Origin: Eledone cirrhosa
Lineage: Eukaryota
Reading direction: 5' to 3'
NCBI GenBank assembly: GCA_964016885.1
Contig: OZ024741.1
Coordinates: 50,902,001 to 50,966,000 of the forward strand
Length of the DNA stretch: 64,000 nucleotides
Shown piece by piece: positions 1-11,809 of the stretch. The translations under genes and the position numbers were made by a program. Below the pieces are notes generated by a model. That model was not told the origin of the DNA and did not search any database. It was given only the letters and a program-made list of their open reading frames with translations. How positions within the stretch are numbered: position 1 is the first letter of the stretch; every line of letters starts with the position of its first letter.

Positions 1-819
1 AATTTCGGCATATATAAGTGAAAGTGGATAGCGTAGTATATTTATGTTTTTGTTAGTTTTATCGTACACTTTGCTAAAAAAAAACTAACCATTTATAATT
101 TATTACTAATTCAGCTTTTCATAGAGAAATCTAGTTATCAATTACTCTATGGCCCGAGAAGAGCACCTCAAACACTAATTTACTTAGTTTTTTCCCATTA
201 TTTTCAAACACCCATAAATCTACCCTTAGTCTTAAAGATAGTACTAATCAGATCCTCTCTAGTACTGTTGTAAATTAGCTGAGGTTCTATAGCAAAGTAA
301 CCCCCCCCCCCTAAACCTGAAAGTGTCAATTTAACATATATGTCAAAGCTATCGCCAATAGCATAAGGAAATAATATTGAAGATTGGCTAATAGGTTTCT
401 TTAACTAGTCTGATGCTATAGTTATTGATGGTGTTTAAGCACTGGCATAATATGAGTTTATATGCCAGTACACGTTAACTCTGTATACCGTGCCTTCGGC
501 GGTCCGGTAATGTTTACGAGTAAGTTTATGCATCGTGCTTGAACTATGGGTAATAGGTCTAGTAAAGTGTCATAACTATCTGAGCAATATGTATATTTGA
601 GCAAGAATGAAAATATTCCGTATTTACCTAAGAAAAATTAGGAACTGTTTACAATAATGTAAATATACAAAGGTCCACCTAAGGATATTTAGAAAGTGTT
701 AATAACAAAGAAAAAATTCTATTTCTACCTAAGGATGCTTGGGGTTTCCTCTATCATAGCATGTAAGTGGGAAGAATATTAAAGCCAAGATCTAACCACC
801 TGGGTCATGAGGGGTTTTG

Positions 820-1578
820 AAGGTAAGATATGTCTATGTATTCTGTGTTTACACGAGGTAACGAGTTCATTCTTTTTGTTTAACAATTGGTCCTTTGCAA
901 ACAACATCTGGATCGTTTCCTCCGAGCATAAATTGCACAGACGGCATCCTCCCGAGATTTTGCCTTGGAAAGTAGGCTCCATGTTAGATGATAAGTAATA
1001 TTGTTGTCTTGGAGGTCCCAAATATGGCCAGAAAGTGCTGTTACTTGCCGCCAGGCCGGGTTTGTAAATCAATGCTGGTGTTGATAGTACCGGGTCTTAA
1101 ACTCGCAGGCAGTTAATCCACTGTAGGCCTTATTGGAATGTTCCATCCTCACGTTGTACGGGTAGACCACGTTTCGTTCGCGGCATCTGTTGTTGAGGGG
1201 ACACGATCCAGACAGTTCCAACTCCTAATCTGTTCACCGCTAATATCATTGTTATTTCTGATATAGGGGAGTTTTATATTGTTAGATGAAGCGATGTTTT
1301 GTGCAAAGTTGGATGTAGTGCTGTACGAAAGTTTAACAGTGTTTCTATTGATGATATTGTGGTAGCAGTGTTGGGGTAGGAAGTGTTTATGGAGACATCT
1401 GAAGAAAATCTTCCCAATTGGTGTTGCAACCTCAGCATTGTGAGGAGGATTAAACCACGTTACGTGGCGTGAACGGCGACATCGCCTGCTGTATCCGCCA
1501 GTAGGGCCTGGATAATAGGAAATGTCCTCCCTGAAGCCGCTTCTTTTGAGAGCCTGGTTGTAGTAAGGCGCGTGTTCA
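820..1578 (-). mobile_element. 5'-truncated, frameshifted Penelope-like retroelement (RT thumb/linker + GIY-YIG endonuclease), Naiad-like
   Basis: Manual minus-strand translation across frameshifts gives EHAPYYNQALKRSGF...HVTWFNPPHNAEVATPIGKIFFRCLHKHF...NRNTVKLSYS...CPLNNRCRERNVVY...AYSGLTACEFKTRYYQH*F...LSGHIWDL...GCRLCNLCSEE...LLNKKNELVTSCKHR. These match the WFNPP motif, a VVY...YxG GIY-YIG core and a C-terminal CxLC...CxH motif. The 5' end abuts (TA)n at ~1580. Clade call is from motif recall. Confidence 0.85.
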
Positions 1579-1579
1579 T

Positions 1580-2030
1580 TATATATATATACAGTATATA
1601 TATATATATAACGTACTTACACAGATTTTGTATATCATTAATCAATGTGACTAATTCAGTACTATTGTGCGTGTGAGTGTGTATGTGTGTGTGTGTGAGT
1701 TTGTGTGTATGTGTGTGTGTGTGTGTGTAAAACTTCCCTAGAACGAAATATTCACATAAAAATATTCCAATAGACTGCATATACTGTATAAATATCACCC
1801 AAATATCACACAAACACACATATATACACATGTACACATATACATAAACATGTTTATACACACACACACACACATACACACACATATATATATATATATA
1901 TATATGCATTCATACATACACACGTACATACATACATGTATGCATATATACATACATATATGAACACATACGCCTATATCTACGTATGTGAGGAACGTAT
2001 CTGATGTCTGTATCATTGCGCATGCGCGTT
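1580..2030. repeat. Compound (TA)n/(TG)n/(CA)n/(CATA)n microsatellite region
   Basis: Directly visible di- and tetranucleotide runs. Confidence 0.9.
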
Positions 2031-2257
2031 TGTTTCTGTGTATGCAGCTGGTTGTGAAAGGTGAACGGCTTATTAGGAAGTCCTAGAAGAACCTCTAATG
2101 GTGTTGTCTTTTGTGTTGTTGTTATTGTTTAGAGGGATGTGGTGGTGGTGGTGCTGGTGGGGAGAGCCGGGTCTGGGAGGTATGTGGCTTATGGATGGAA
2201 CAGGAATGTGGTTACAGCACGAGTAAGAGGTTGAGGCAGTAGATCCCATACATTAGC

Positions 2258-2319
<62 letters not shown>

Positions 2320-2399
2320 TTATATATATATATATGTGTGTGTGTGTGTGCGTGTGTGTGTATGTGTGTGTGTGCATGTACATATATATGTGTATATAT

Positions 2400-2470
<71 letters not shown>
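2258..2470. repeat. Compound (TA)n(TG)n...(CA)n(TA)n microsatellite
   Basis: Directly visible. Confidence 0.95.
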
Positions 2471-2473
<3 letters not shown>

Positions 2474-2580
2474 GTGGCTTCTACAGGACTAGAACTGTTT
2501 CATTCGAATAACTCATCAGGAAACCCTGATGATCTCCTTCGAATGAAACAGTTCTAGTCCTATAGAAGCCATTTCTATAT
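2467..2580. repeat. Short inverted repeat with hammerhead-like cores on both arms (stem I lost)
   Basis: Arms ~2467-2520 and 2525-2580. Plus arm reads CTGATGA(2526)...GAAAC AGTTCTA GTC(2559); minus arm reads CTGATGAGTTATTCGAATGAAACAGTTCTAGTC. No stem I partner is present upstream of either core. Confidence 0.65.
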
Positions 2581-2698
2581 TAAATATTTATACTCTGATA
2601 TATATTGAGTACCTTACTTACTCTGGTTGCCCCTGATTGAACCCGGGACACACACACACACACATACATACATGCAAACACACATATATATATATATA

Positions 2699-3868
2699 CT
2701 AGCTGGCCCGTCCGGCTGGCGACCTGCTAGGTATACCGGGATATACAGAAAATATTTAAATTACAGAGTATACAATATTTTTTGTTCGGCACTCCGGAGC
2801 AAAGATGAAGAGATTGTTTGGTGAGCTCACCCTAGAGCATCCTACATACAATTGACCATGGGAGAATCACTGATCTCGTAGCTCGTCTCACGGAGAAGCT
2901 CTGTAGACGTTGGCCTCTGAACACTCCTGTCAGGAGCAGGTAAGCTGTAGTGACTTAGAGGCCTACCACCAATCTCCAGGACACTGTTTTCAAGGCAAAT
3001 GAGCGCCTCATTGAAAACAACATCGTATGTTACGTTCGGATTATGTCTGCGTGTGCGGTGGAGGATGTCACCAGCTAGACTTTCGCGGTGGATGTTCCAC
3101 ATTGCGAGAGGGTTGGCGAGATCGCAGTTGTGCAGCATAATAGCAAAAAGTTTTCGCAGCTGAGAAGGGACTTTAGCAGTTGCCGCTTCTTGCAGGGTGA
3201 TGTGCCAATGGCTGCCATTGTGTAACATACCACGCATCTGGCAAGCCAAACGTAAGTGGAACATTGATGGCCATTGATGGTTTTCAGATCTTGGAAAGAC
3301 TGTGGACCTCTAACCGTTAACAGTAACAATGACGATAAGCCGCCTGTGCTTTCCTGAAATAAATAGGTTTTTGTTTTTGTGTATACAAAAATATCTGTAC
3401 ACGAATATATATATATTAAAATAACAGATTAAAGTTTAAGCAAAGAATCGCTGCTTTCACCCTTAACGGGATCTTCTGAAACTAAAAATATCAGTCTGTG
3501 AACGCAGATGTAAATATTTAGAAAAACGTTATCTAATGCAGACAGTCAGACATACATAGACATATTGTAAGGACGCTACGTTATAGCTATGTATCTATCT
3601 AAAAAGACAGACTAAGAAAAAGAGGGGAATGTTGTGCGACATCATAAGAAAACGTGAGGAATGACGTATAACCGGAAGTGTTGACATTTGAAATTTTAAA
3701 GAAGTGAATATTTAAATAATGTCTTTAATCTTTTAACAAAATTCAGTAGACAAAAATAACCTCACTTTTTTACTTGGAAAAAGTTACATCTATGGTGCAA
3801 ATTTGGTGCTATTTGGTCCAGCCGTTTGGCGGAAAGTTTGTTACCTACATACCGCCGTCAGCTTTATA

Positions 3869-3875
<7 letters not shown>
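2699..3875 (-). mobile_element. Non-autonomous Helitron with internal RepHel fragment
   Basis: Minus-strand 3' end is ...GGACGGGCCAG-CTAG|T (CTAG at 2699-2702). The 5' end ATACTATAAAGCTG...AAACGGCTGGACC resembles invertebrate Helitron termini and lies in (TA)n. An internal RepHel-like coding relic is present. The subterminal hairpin is imperfect. Confidence 0.7.
2842..3329 (-). pseudogene. Helitron Rep/helicase (RepHel) fragment, region between Rep and PIF1-like helicase domains
   Basis: Two overlapping frameshifted ORFs: LLLTVRGPQSFQDLKTINGHQCST and FHLRLACQMRGML...W...LQEAA...PSQLRKLFAIML...P...W..HRESL..D. This is the characteristic Helitron LLxxVxGPTSFxDLxTV...TFxxAC...LRxLFAxIL motif series. 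Confidence 0.85.
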
Positions 3876-3934
<59 letters not shown>

Positions 3935-3994
3935 GTACGTCTGTATTTACGTACATACATATATACACACATATTTGTGTTTGTATACGTAGAC

Positions 3995-4520
3995 GCCTAA
4001 TTTGCATATCAAGTGAGTTAGTCGGCCGGGCGTACCGAAAACAATAAATGGAAAAAATGAAATTTAATTTCTCACTCTTAGTACGGGTGATACTTAAATA
4101 TAAGTATGTATACGTACATACATATATGTGTACAGACGTACAGTAGTATGTATCGTTTTCGGTACACCCGGCCGACTAACTCACTCGATATGCAAATTAG
4201 GCTACTCAGCCGTTAATATGCATAAGGAAAGTATATACTTTCAAACGTTCAATCAATTGACAGGAAGGTATACGGTGCTGATGACAGCTAATAAGCTAGA
4301 AACTAGTTCATCGTTCCTTTGTCAGTGTTGAACAAAAGGGCAACGATGGTTGCCGAACACTGTACGGCTAATAATTCGGGGTGTTTTTTTTACAAACAAA
4401 CCGAGCATTATAATAAATGTTCGGTAAACCCATACGTACATATATATATGTGTGCATGTAAGAATGTATATACATACTACTGTACGTCTGTATACATATA
4501 TGTATGTACGTATACATATA
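3995..4520. mobile_element. Hammerhead-containing non-coding repeat (retrozyme/pLTR-like), copy 1: minus fragment 3995-4152 joined to plus fragment 4153-4520
   Basis: Shares long motifs (CCGAGCATTATAATAAATGTTCGG, CTCTTAGTACGG, TTTGCATATC) with 6136-6740 and 9257-9953 and contains the ribozyme at 4272-4314. Confidence 0.8.
4272..4314 (+). ncRNA. Type I minimal hammerhead ribozyme
   Basis: ACGGTG-CTGATGA-C-AGCT-AATA-AGCT-A-GAA-ACTAGT-T|CATCGT. Stem I is 6 bp with one G-U, stem II is AGCT/AGCT, stem III is the palindrome ACTAGT and the cleavage triplet is GUU. Confidence 0.8.
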
Positions 4521-4602
4521 TATATCCACCCCACTCTCAAGAGCGTGAAACTAATAAACCTTTGTTCGTACTGCCTCTCTGTTTTGTTCCCGTTCAATTT
4601 TT

Positions 4603-4678
<76 letters not shown>

Positions 4679-5178
4679 GTATATATATATATATATATAT
4701 GTATATAAGTATATTAGTAATTGAATGAGATAGAATTCAACGGTACTTCTTTTTTCAAATTTTAAAATAAGTATTAACAAATACGTTGTTGTTTGCTTTT
4801 AACTTTTTAATCTAATTCTAAATTTATTTTTGAAAAGGAGTGACGTTTCTTTCAAATTTTGATATTTTTAATAATGGGGGAAGAGATCATCTGCAAACAG
4901 TTGTAATAAATTATGAAGTGGAGGATATTTTACGACTGTCTCCTTAGGCAATTCTTAGAATAAGAGTAAATTTTATATCTAATCCTTTTCATAAAACATT
5001 CGGTTTTCTATGGTAAGCATTTTAAGTAGACGTTATGGAGTTTATTTGAAGATTAAAAAAAAATGATTTTCATAGAAAAGTGTAGCTGTTGTAGTTGTTG
5101 TTGAGTCTGTTAACTGTCGGTTTATGACTTAAATAGAATCCTATCGTAAAAGGGAGCTTAGTAATTAATATAGATGAT

Positions 5179-5242
<64 letters not shown>

Positions 5243-5284
5243 ATGATATTAAATAAATGGAAACTATATTTATAAAACCATATT

Positions 5285-5349
5285 TATTTTATTATATATA
5301 TTTCAAGGGTAACCAAGACAACGTTGGTACGCTTTCATCAGATAAAATA
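5285..5349 (-). ncRNA. Type I hammerhead ribozyme (mirror copy)
   Basis: Reverse complement reads TATTTTAT-CTGATGA-AAGCGTACCAA-CGTTGTC-TTGGTTACCCTT-GAA-ATATATAT-A|ATAAAATA. Confidence 0.72.
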
Positions 5350-5479
5350 CAAAGTTTGTTTTATAAATAGAGACATACCCATGACAATCATACCTTATCG
5401 GTTGGAAATTCACTGGATATTCACCAACCGATAAGGTATGATTTTCATGGGTATGTCTCTATTTATAAAACAAACTTTG

Positions 5480-5544
5480 TATTTTATCTGATGAAAGCGT
5501 ACCAATGTTGTCTTGGTTACCCTTGAAATATATATAATAAAATA
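5480..5544 (+). ncRNA. Type I hammerhead ribozyme
   Basis: TATTTTAT-CTGATGA-AAGCGTACCAA-TGTTGTC-TTGGTTACCCTT-GAA-ATATATAT-A|ATAAAATA. Stem I is a perfect 8 bp, stem II is long and interrupted, stem III is palindromic and the triplet is AUA. Confidence 0.72.
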
Positions 5545-5679
5545 AATATGGTTTTATAAATATAGTTTCAATTTATTTAATGTCATTGAATATTTACTCA
5601 AGTAAACTGTTGAGTGCTCTAAATCAGTTATAAACATTTATCTTTGTCGAACTTCCAACAAATTAAATATCACTTCTAG

Positions 5680-6135
<456 letters not shown>

Positions 6136-6140
<5 letters not shown>

Positions 6141-6731
6141 GGAAAAAATGAAACGATATTTCATTTCCCACTCTTAGTACGGCTGTTACTTAAATATAAG
6201 TATGTACACGTACATACATATATGTATACCGACGTACAGTAGTATGTATATATATATATACATACATGCACACATATATATATGCACGTATGGATTCACC
6301 GAACATTTATTATAATGCTCGGTGTGTTTGTAAACAAACATCCCGTATTAAGCCATAGTGTCTAGCAACCACCGTTGCTCGTTTGTTCAACACTGACAAA
6401 GGAACGCTGTACTAGTTTCAAGCTTGTTAGCTATCGTCAGCAACGTATACCTTCCTGCCAGATTGTTGAACGTATATACTTACCTTATGCATATTAACGG
6501 CTGAGTAGCCCAATTTGCATATCGAGTGGGTTAATCGGCCGGGTGCACCGAAAACGATAAACGGAAAAAATGAAACGATATTCCACGGCTTAATACGGGA
6601 TGTTTGTTTACAAACACACCGAGCATTATAATAAATGTTCGGTGAATCCATACGTGCATATATATATGTGTGCATGTATGTATATATATATATACATACT
6701 ACTGTACGTCGGTATACATATATGTATGTAC

Positions 6732-6740
<9 letters not shown>
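6136..6740 (-). mobile_element. Hammerhead-containing non-coding repeat, copy 2: full ~422-bp unit with terminal redundancy (6136-6582) plus an inverted partial copy (6584-6740)
   Basis: TAAACGGAAAAAATGAAACGATATT occurs at 6136 and 6558 (422 bp apart). 6584-6740 is the reverse complement of ~6200-6354. Ribozyme at 6404-6446. Confidence 0.82.
6404..6446 (-). ncRNA. Type I minimal hammerhead ribozyme
   Basis: Reverse complement reads ACGTTG-CTGACGA-T-AGCT-AACA-AGCT-T-GAA-ACTAGT-A|CAGCGT. Homologous to 4272-4314, with a GUA triplet. Confidence 0.82.
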
Positions 6741-6780
<40 letters not shown>

Positions 6781-6864
6781 AAAGGTAAACAGAAATAACA
6801 ACACAATCGGTACAGTATATGGAAGGAATATATTAGGCTAACGCTTGAAATAGCAGGAAGAGGG

Positions 6865-6900
6865 TCTTAACGTTTCGGACGCTAGTCTTTCATCAGAAGA
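6865..6900 (-). ncRNA. Minimal hammerhead ribozyme motif in PLE 3' region
   Basis: Reverse complement reads TCTT-CTGATGA-AAGAC-TAGC-GTCC-GAA-ACGT-T|AAGA, with a 4-bp stem I, GAC/GTC stem II and palindromic stem III. Sense to the PLE. Confidence 0.65.
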
Positions 6901-7399
6901 AAGAATGAGAAATAAAATAGATTGAAGGGACGGACGGGGTGGAATTGGAAAAAATGTCTTTATATAAAAATAACAAGTCCATTCACCTTGACATCTCTTG
7001 GAAAACTGTTGGTGCTGGTGTTTTGTGTATGATTTATTTTTTAGAAAGGTGGATGATGGAGCGCGTCCACCTGAAATGGAAAAAAACCGCTTTGTATAGA
7101 GAGCTATACTTGTGCGCATGTGTGTGTGTTTGTCTGTTATTATACGTCCGTACAAAGCTAAGAAGATATGTGTGTGTATATGTAAGTAAAAGAGTGTGTT
7201 TGGTTCTAAGTACGAAGCTATGAGCAAAAGTATGTTAATAAAAGGGAGTGTATGTGTGTATACAGAACTGTGAAGGGAAAAGTGGAGTGTGCATATTTTG
7301 TCGGTCTGTATTAGTTGTAAGAATATATGTTTCTGACAATAAGAGAGAAATAGGAATCTAGGGGTGAATGTACAAGCGCGTGTATGATAATGGACGGGT

Positions 7400-8886
7400 A
7401 TTAAAGAAATTGAGGAGGTGAGTGGAGTCCATGATGAAACATGATCCAAGTCGGTAAATCAGACTCTGTTCAGTCCTGGTGCGTGAGGCCTGTGCTCCAT
7501 GATGTAAAAGGACACCCAGGACTGAGATATGTAGGGAAGAGTGACCAGGAGAACGGAAATGACGGGTGACAGGAGTATCCAAACCGAGTCGTATGTCCCT
7601 CAAATGCTCAGCAAAACGGTCCGCCATACGGCGTCCTGTTTGTCCGATGTATAAGGACCCGCAAAGGGAACACCGGAGGACATAGACAACGTGGGTGGAG
7701 GTGCAGGTGAAGGAGTGGCGGATATGGAATGACCCGTTAGGGTCTATGAGAATGGTGAGAGTGGAAATGAAAGGACAAGTGTTGCGGCGGGGACGAGAAC
7801 AAGAATGAGAGCCGGGTGGAGTCGTAGGAGAGGACGAGAAGGAACTACGTACCAGGAGGTCGCGGAGGTTGCGGGCGTGCTTAAATGCGGTAATAGGTGG
7901 GTTAGGAAAAAAACAAGAAGTGATAGGGTCAGAAGAGAGGGTGCAGAAGGAACGGAGGATATGTCGCCGGAGTGGTAGGGTGATGGGGTGGTAGGTGAGA
8001 GAGAAAGGAAGGAGGGTGTTGTGAGGGTGGGGGTGAGGTGAGAGGGCTGTGGTACGGTCGGTTTCAAAGGCGCGGGTGGGAGCAGCTTGGATCAGGGGGG
8101 GGGGGGGGGATATATCCACGCTTGATGAAGCGGGAAGCCATGCGAAGGGAATGGGTTTCGAAATCGTCGTCCTGGCTACAGAGCCGACGAAGAGGGAGAA
8201 ATTGGGAATAGAGTATGGAGTGTTTGGTGTGGGTTGGATGGGAGGAGGTGAAGTCGAAGTAAGAGTGGGAGTCGGCCGGTTTATAGAAGATGGAAGTAGA
8301 GAGGGTGTGGTGAGAGCGATTGATAGATAGAGAGATATCGAGAAAAGAGACAGAAGAATCGGAGATGGAGGCGGTGAAGGTGAGAGAGGGATGGAAAGAT
8401 TGGACAAAAGATAAAAAGCAGTCGAGCTGTTCTTGTGATAGAGAGGTGGCGCCGACACAGTCGTCGACATAACCAGCGTATAGCTCAGGAGTAGGTCCAG
8501 CGTACTGGGAGAAGATCTGGGCTTCGACGTAGCCAACAAACAAGTTGGCATAGTTTGGTCCCATTCTGGTTCCCATCACCATCCCAGAGACCTGCTGATA
8601 GAATTCACCCTAAAAGGAAAAACCATTGAGGGTCAAAACAAGCTCAGCCAGACAGAGAAGAATGGTAGTGCTGGGGTAAGGAGTAGGGCATAAGTCTAAA
8701 GAGTGTCGAAGAGCGTGGAGACCGTCATCATGAGGGATGACTGTATACATAGAGGCCATGTCCAGGGTAAACAGAAGGCGAGAGGTGCCAGGAGGGAAGG
8801 AGAAGGAGTTAAAGAGTCTAAGGGCATGATTGGTATCGTTGATGTAGGAGGGGAGGTTTACGACTAACGGGGAGAGGATGGTATCT
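7400..8886 (-). pseudogene. PLE reverse transcriptase-GIY-YIG endonuclease, disrupted
   Basis: ORFs 8064-8582 (RT with YVDD) and the C-terminal half of 7358-8551 (GIY-YIG) join across a frameshift. Confidence 0.88.
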
Positions 8887-8911
8887 ACGTATTCGGAAAT
8901 GATCTAGGTAG

Positions 8912-8966
<55 letters not shown>

Positions 8967-9013
8967 GTGAAAGTGGCGATTCTTTGCTTAAACTTTATTA
9001 ATCTGTTATTTTC

Positions 9014-9092
<79 letters not shown>

Positions 9093-9256
9093 GGGAAGAA
9101 AGAGGAAAACTGCATGGTTGCACATGGGTTACATATGATAAAATTAGTCCCTCATCAGTGATTTGCCAACCATCATTGGTATTTCATCGCAATTTATATA
9201 TATATATGAGTGTGTATATATATATGTATATATATATGAGTTTATATATATATATA

Positions 9257-9953
9257 TAAATGGAAAAAATGAAATTTCATTTCTCACTCTTAGTACGGCT
9301 GATACTTAAATATAAGTATGTATACGTACATACATATATGTATACAGACGTACAGTAGTATGTATATACATACATACATGCACACATATATATATGTACG
9401 TATGGGTTTACCGAACATTTATTAAAATTCTCGGTTTATTTGTAAACAAACAGCCCGAATTATTAGCCGTACTGTGTTCGGCAACCATCGTTGCCATTCT
9501 GTTCAGCACTGACAAAGGAACGATAAACTGTCAGTGTTGAACAAAATGGCAACGATGGTGGCCGAACACTGTACGGCTAATAATTCGGGCTGTTTGTTTA
9601 CAAACAAACCGAGCATTATAATAAATGTTCGGTAAACCCATACGTACATATATATATGTGTGCATGTATGTATGTATATACATACTACTGTACGTCTGTA
9701 TACATATATGTATGTACGTATACATACTTATATATATATATATAAGTATATACATATGGCTGTGTTTAAATTTTCTCTATAAACAATTCGATGCAAACAT
9801 TTATGAATTTTGAATCAAGAATATATGCATGTATGTATATATATACATACTACTGTACGTCTGTACACATATATGTATGTACGTATACATACTTATATTT
9901 AGGTATCAGCCGTACTAAGAGTGAGAAATGAAATCTCGTTTCATTCTTTTCCA
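9257..9953. mobile_element. Hammerhead-family repeat, copy 3: palindrome (minus 9257-9529, plus 9529-9732) and a further plus fragment 9820-9953
   Basis: Same motifs as copies 1 and 2. The arms mirror around ~9520 (CACTGACA...TGTCAGTG). The ribozyme core itself is absent. Confidence 0.82.
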
Positions 9954-9964
9954 TATGTATATAT

Positions 9965-11751
9965 ATTGTTATACTTGGGGAGGGTCTTATTTGTGTAATA
10001 ATATTGCCAGAATTAATAACAGAACACACTCACTGTATGGTAGGTTTTCGCTTCTGTGTCTTTTATATCGGTTAATTTAATTTATTCGGTCCTCAATGAC
10101 TGAGCAACGGTAAAAAATACAGATACAATATAGACACAAACACAATTATATAGTCTAACAAAGTTCTTTCGTTGCACATCTGCAACATCGTCAGTGGTGC
10201 TATTATGTTTCCTCCCGTTGTATTGTATGCCTACGCCATCTTCATTTAGTCTGTTTATTTATTTATTTATTTGTTTATTTTTTTTGTATTCTCTGCGCAT
10301 GCGTTTGCGTGTGTGTATAGTGTTTTGTTTGATGTGTGCTCGTGTTTGGGTGACTGTGTATTGGTTATTGTATTCTATCTTAGTTTACTAGTGTGTGTTT
10401 ATATGTGTTTGTTGTTATTGTGCTTGTGTATGTATTTATTTATACTTTTCTTAGGTCAGTGTTGTTTGTTTGGGTGTTGTTGTTATTCCATTCATTTTTT
10501 CTGTTTAGCCTTGGCCTTCTAAGTTCTATTTCGCTGGCCTCTCTGATTTGCCTATCTGCTGGGTCATTTCTATGTTTAGATATTATTCTAATTTCTATGT
10601 TGTCTATCTTACCGTCGTGTTGTTGTCTGGCATGTTCGTTTAGTACTGAACCGTTTTTTCGTCCTTTTAGTTCCCCCCAGTGTTGGTCTATCCTTTCACA
10701 TATTCTACGAGCTGTCTTGCCTATGTATGCTGTTGTCATGTTTCTGCAACTACCCTCTGTACATCTTATGCTATAGACTACGTTTCTAGTTTTACAGTTT
10801 ATCCGGGGGTTCACCTTACATATGATACATTTCCTATTAGTACAGTGAGTTTTCTTAAAAGGGTAGGTTTTGCTGATCAGGGATTCTATGGTGGTTCCTG
10901 GCTTTTCTACCACATTAATCTTTAAGTGGGTCTTTCTCAGGGCCTTTTTACACTGGTTAGCTAATTTCCCTCCAGGGGTGGCGTCCACAAACATGACACT
11001 CTGGTATCTCTGGTTGTCATACCATGAGGTGTCTTTCCCTATCTTATGTCTAGTCCTATCTAAGCTATTCCATGATTTGCTCCTGTATAATGGGCAAATT
11101 CCTTACATGTCCAGTTCTATTAGGGTCTTATACTTCTCCGTGGCTCCTTCGTATACTCTGATTCTGTCTCTTTGGTTGTAGCCAGAGAACTGCATGCGGT
11201 TGATGAAGTGTTGGATGTGTCTTTCCAATTCTGTTGGGTCGCACATGCAGAACACGTTCTTCATCACTCGTACCAAGTCTGCGATCAGAATATTAAACTT
11301 AGCACTACTGGACATTGCTGAGTTTTTTAGTATCAGGTATTTGGAGGCCATGGGTTTAGCATAGTATGAGTGGAGAATTTGAGCTCTCTCGTCTATAGTG
11401 TTAATCCAGAGTTCCGTGTCTAATACAGGTAGTCTATTGTTAGGGTGTTTGGAAGGGTAGTCGATAGTTACAGTTATACTCTGGTGTATGGAATTAACTA
11501 TCTGCTGGATGCTTTCCATTGTGCTACGTTCTAAATCAAACTTGTTAGTGCTCTCTTGTGGGGATCTCCTTATTACTATATTAATGTCGTCTACGTAACG
11601 AGAGTACATGATGGGGTCTATGGAGCTCTCATCAAGGAGATCTTTGAGTCTCCTTTCCCACCATACCATAAAAAGGTTGGCAACGTCACCAGCTATACTG
11701 ACGCCAATGGCTGCTCCCTCATTTTGGGTGTAGATCTTCTCGTTATTCTCG

Positions 11752-11752
<1 letters not shown>
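9965..11752 (-). mobile_element. 5'-truncated Penelope-like retroelement of a third type: RT + GIY-YIG + 3' UTR with hammerhead
   Basis: ORF 11103-11813 has YTQNEGAAIGVSIAGDVANLFM...YSRYVDD...LPVLD...YAKPMAS...SAM. ORF 10440-10994 has C..RKCIICK...CKTRNVVYSIRC...YIGKTARRICERIDQH...RQIREA...LNRKNEW. A stop at 11103 separates them. The 5' end abuts (TA)n. Confidence 0.9.
10159..10196 (-). ncRNA. Hammerhead ribozyme motif in PLE 3' region (stem I degraded)
   Basis: Reverse complement reads CA-CTGACGA-T-GTTGCA-GATG-TGCAAC-GAA-AGAACT-T|TG, with a perfect 6-bp stem II but only 2 bp of stem I. Confidence 0.6.

Positions 11753-11809
<57 letters not shown>

Larger units (their letters stand above)
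5241..5588. repeat. Near-perfect 165-bp-arm inverted repeat (18-nt spacer) with a hammerhead in each arm
   Basis: 5241-5405 is the reverse complement of 5424-5588 with only a few mismatches. It follows a (TA)n tract. Confidence 0.92.
6775..8912 (-). mobile_element. 5'-truncated Penelope-like retroelement (Neptune-like): RT + GIY-YIG + 3' UTR/pLTR with hammerhead
   Basis: RT motifs LPSYINDT...LLFTLDMASMYTVIPH...QQVSGMVMGTRMGPNYANLFVG...YVDD...FLDI...YKP..SHSY...SSHP...SQFLPLRRLCS. Cys-rich linker and VVYVLRCSLCGSLYIGQTGRRMADRFAEH follow. There is an in-frame stop (~8610) and a frameshift at the poly-G run (~8100). Both ends lie in (TA)n. Confidence 0.92.

Noticed and set aside
480-520. GTGCCTTCGGCGGTCCGGTAAT resembling the SSU rRNA 515 motif (possible NUMT)
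   Set aside because: The match is poor and no other conserved rRNA motifs were seen nearby. More likely retroelement UTR.
1069-1071. In-frame TGA in the Naiad-like GIY-YIG domain as selenocysteine
   Set aside because: It falls at the usual Ser of the HxxSF motif (TCA>TGA) in a copy that is already frameshifted, not at a Cys position.
9120-9165. Minus-strand CTGATGAGGGAC hammerhead start
   Set aside because: No downstream GAAA or stem III. At most a truncated remnant.
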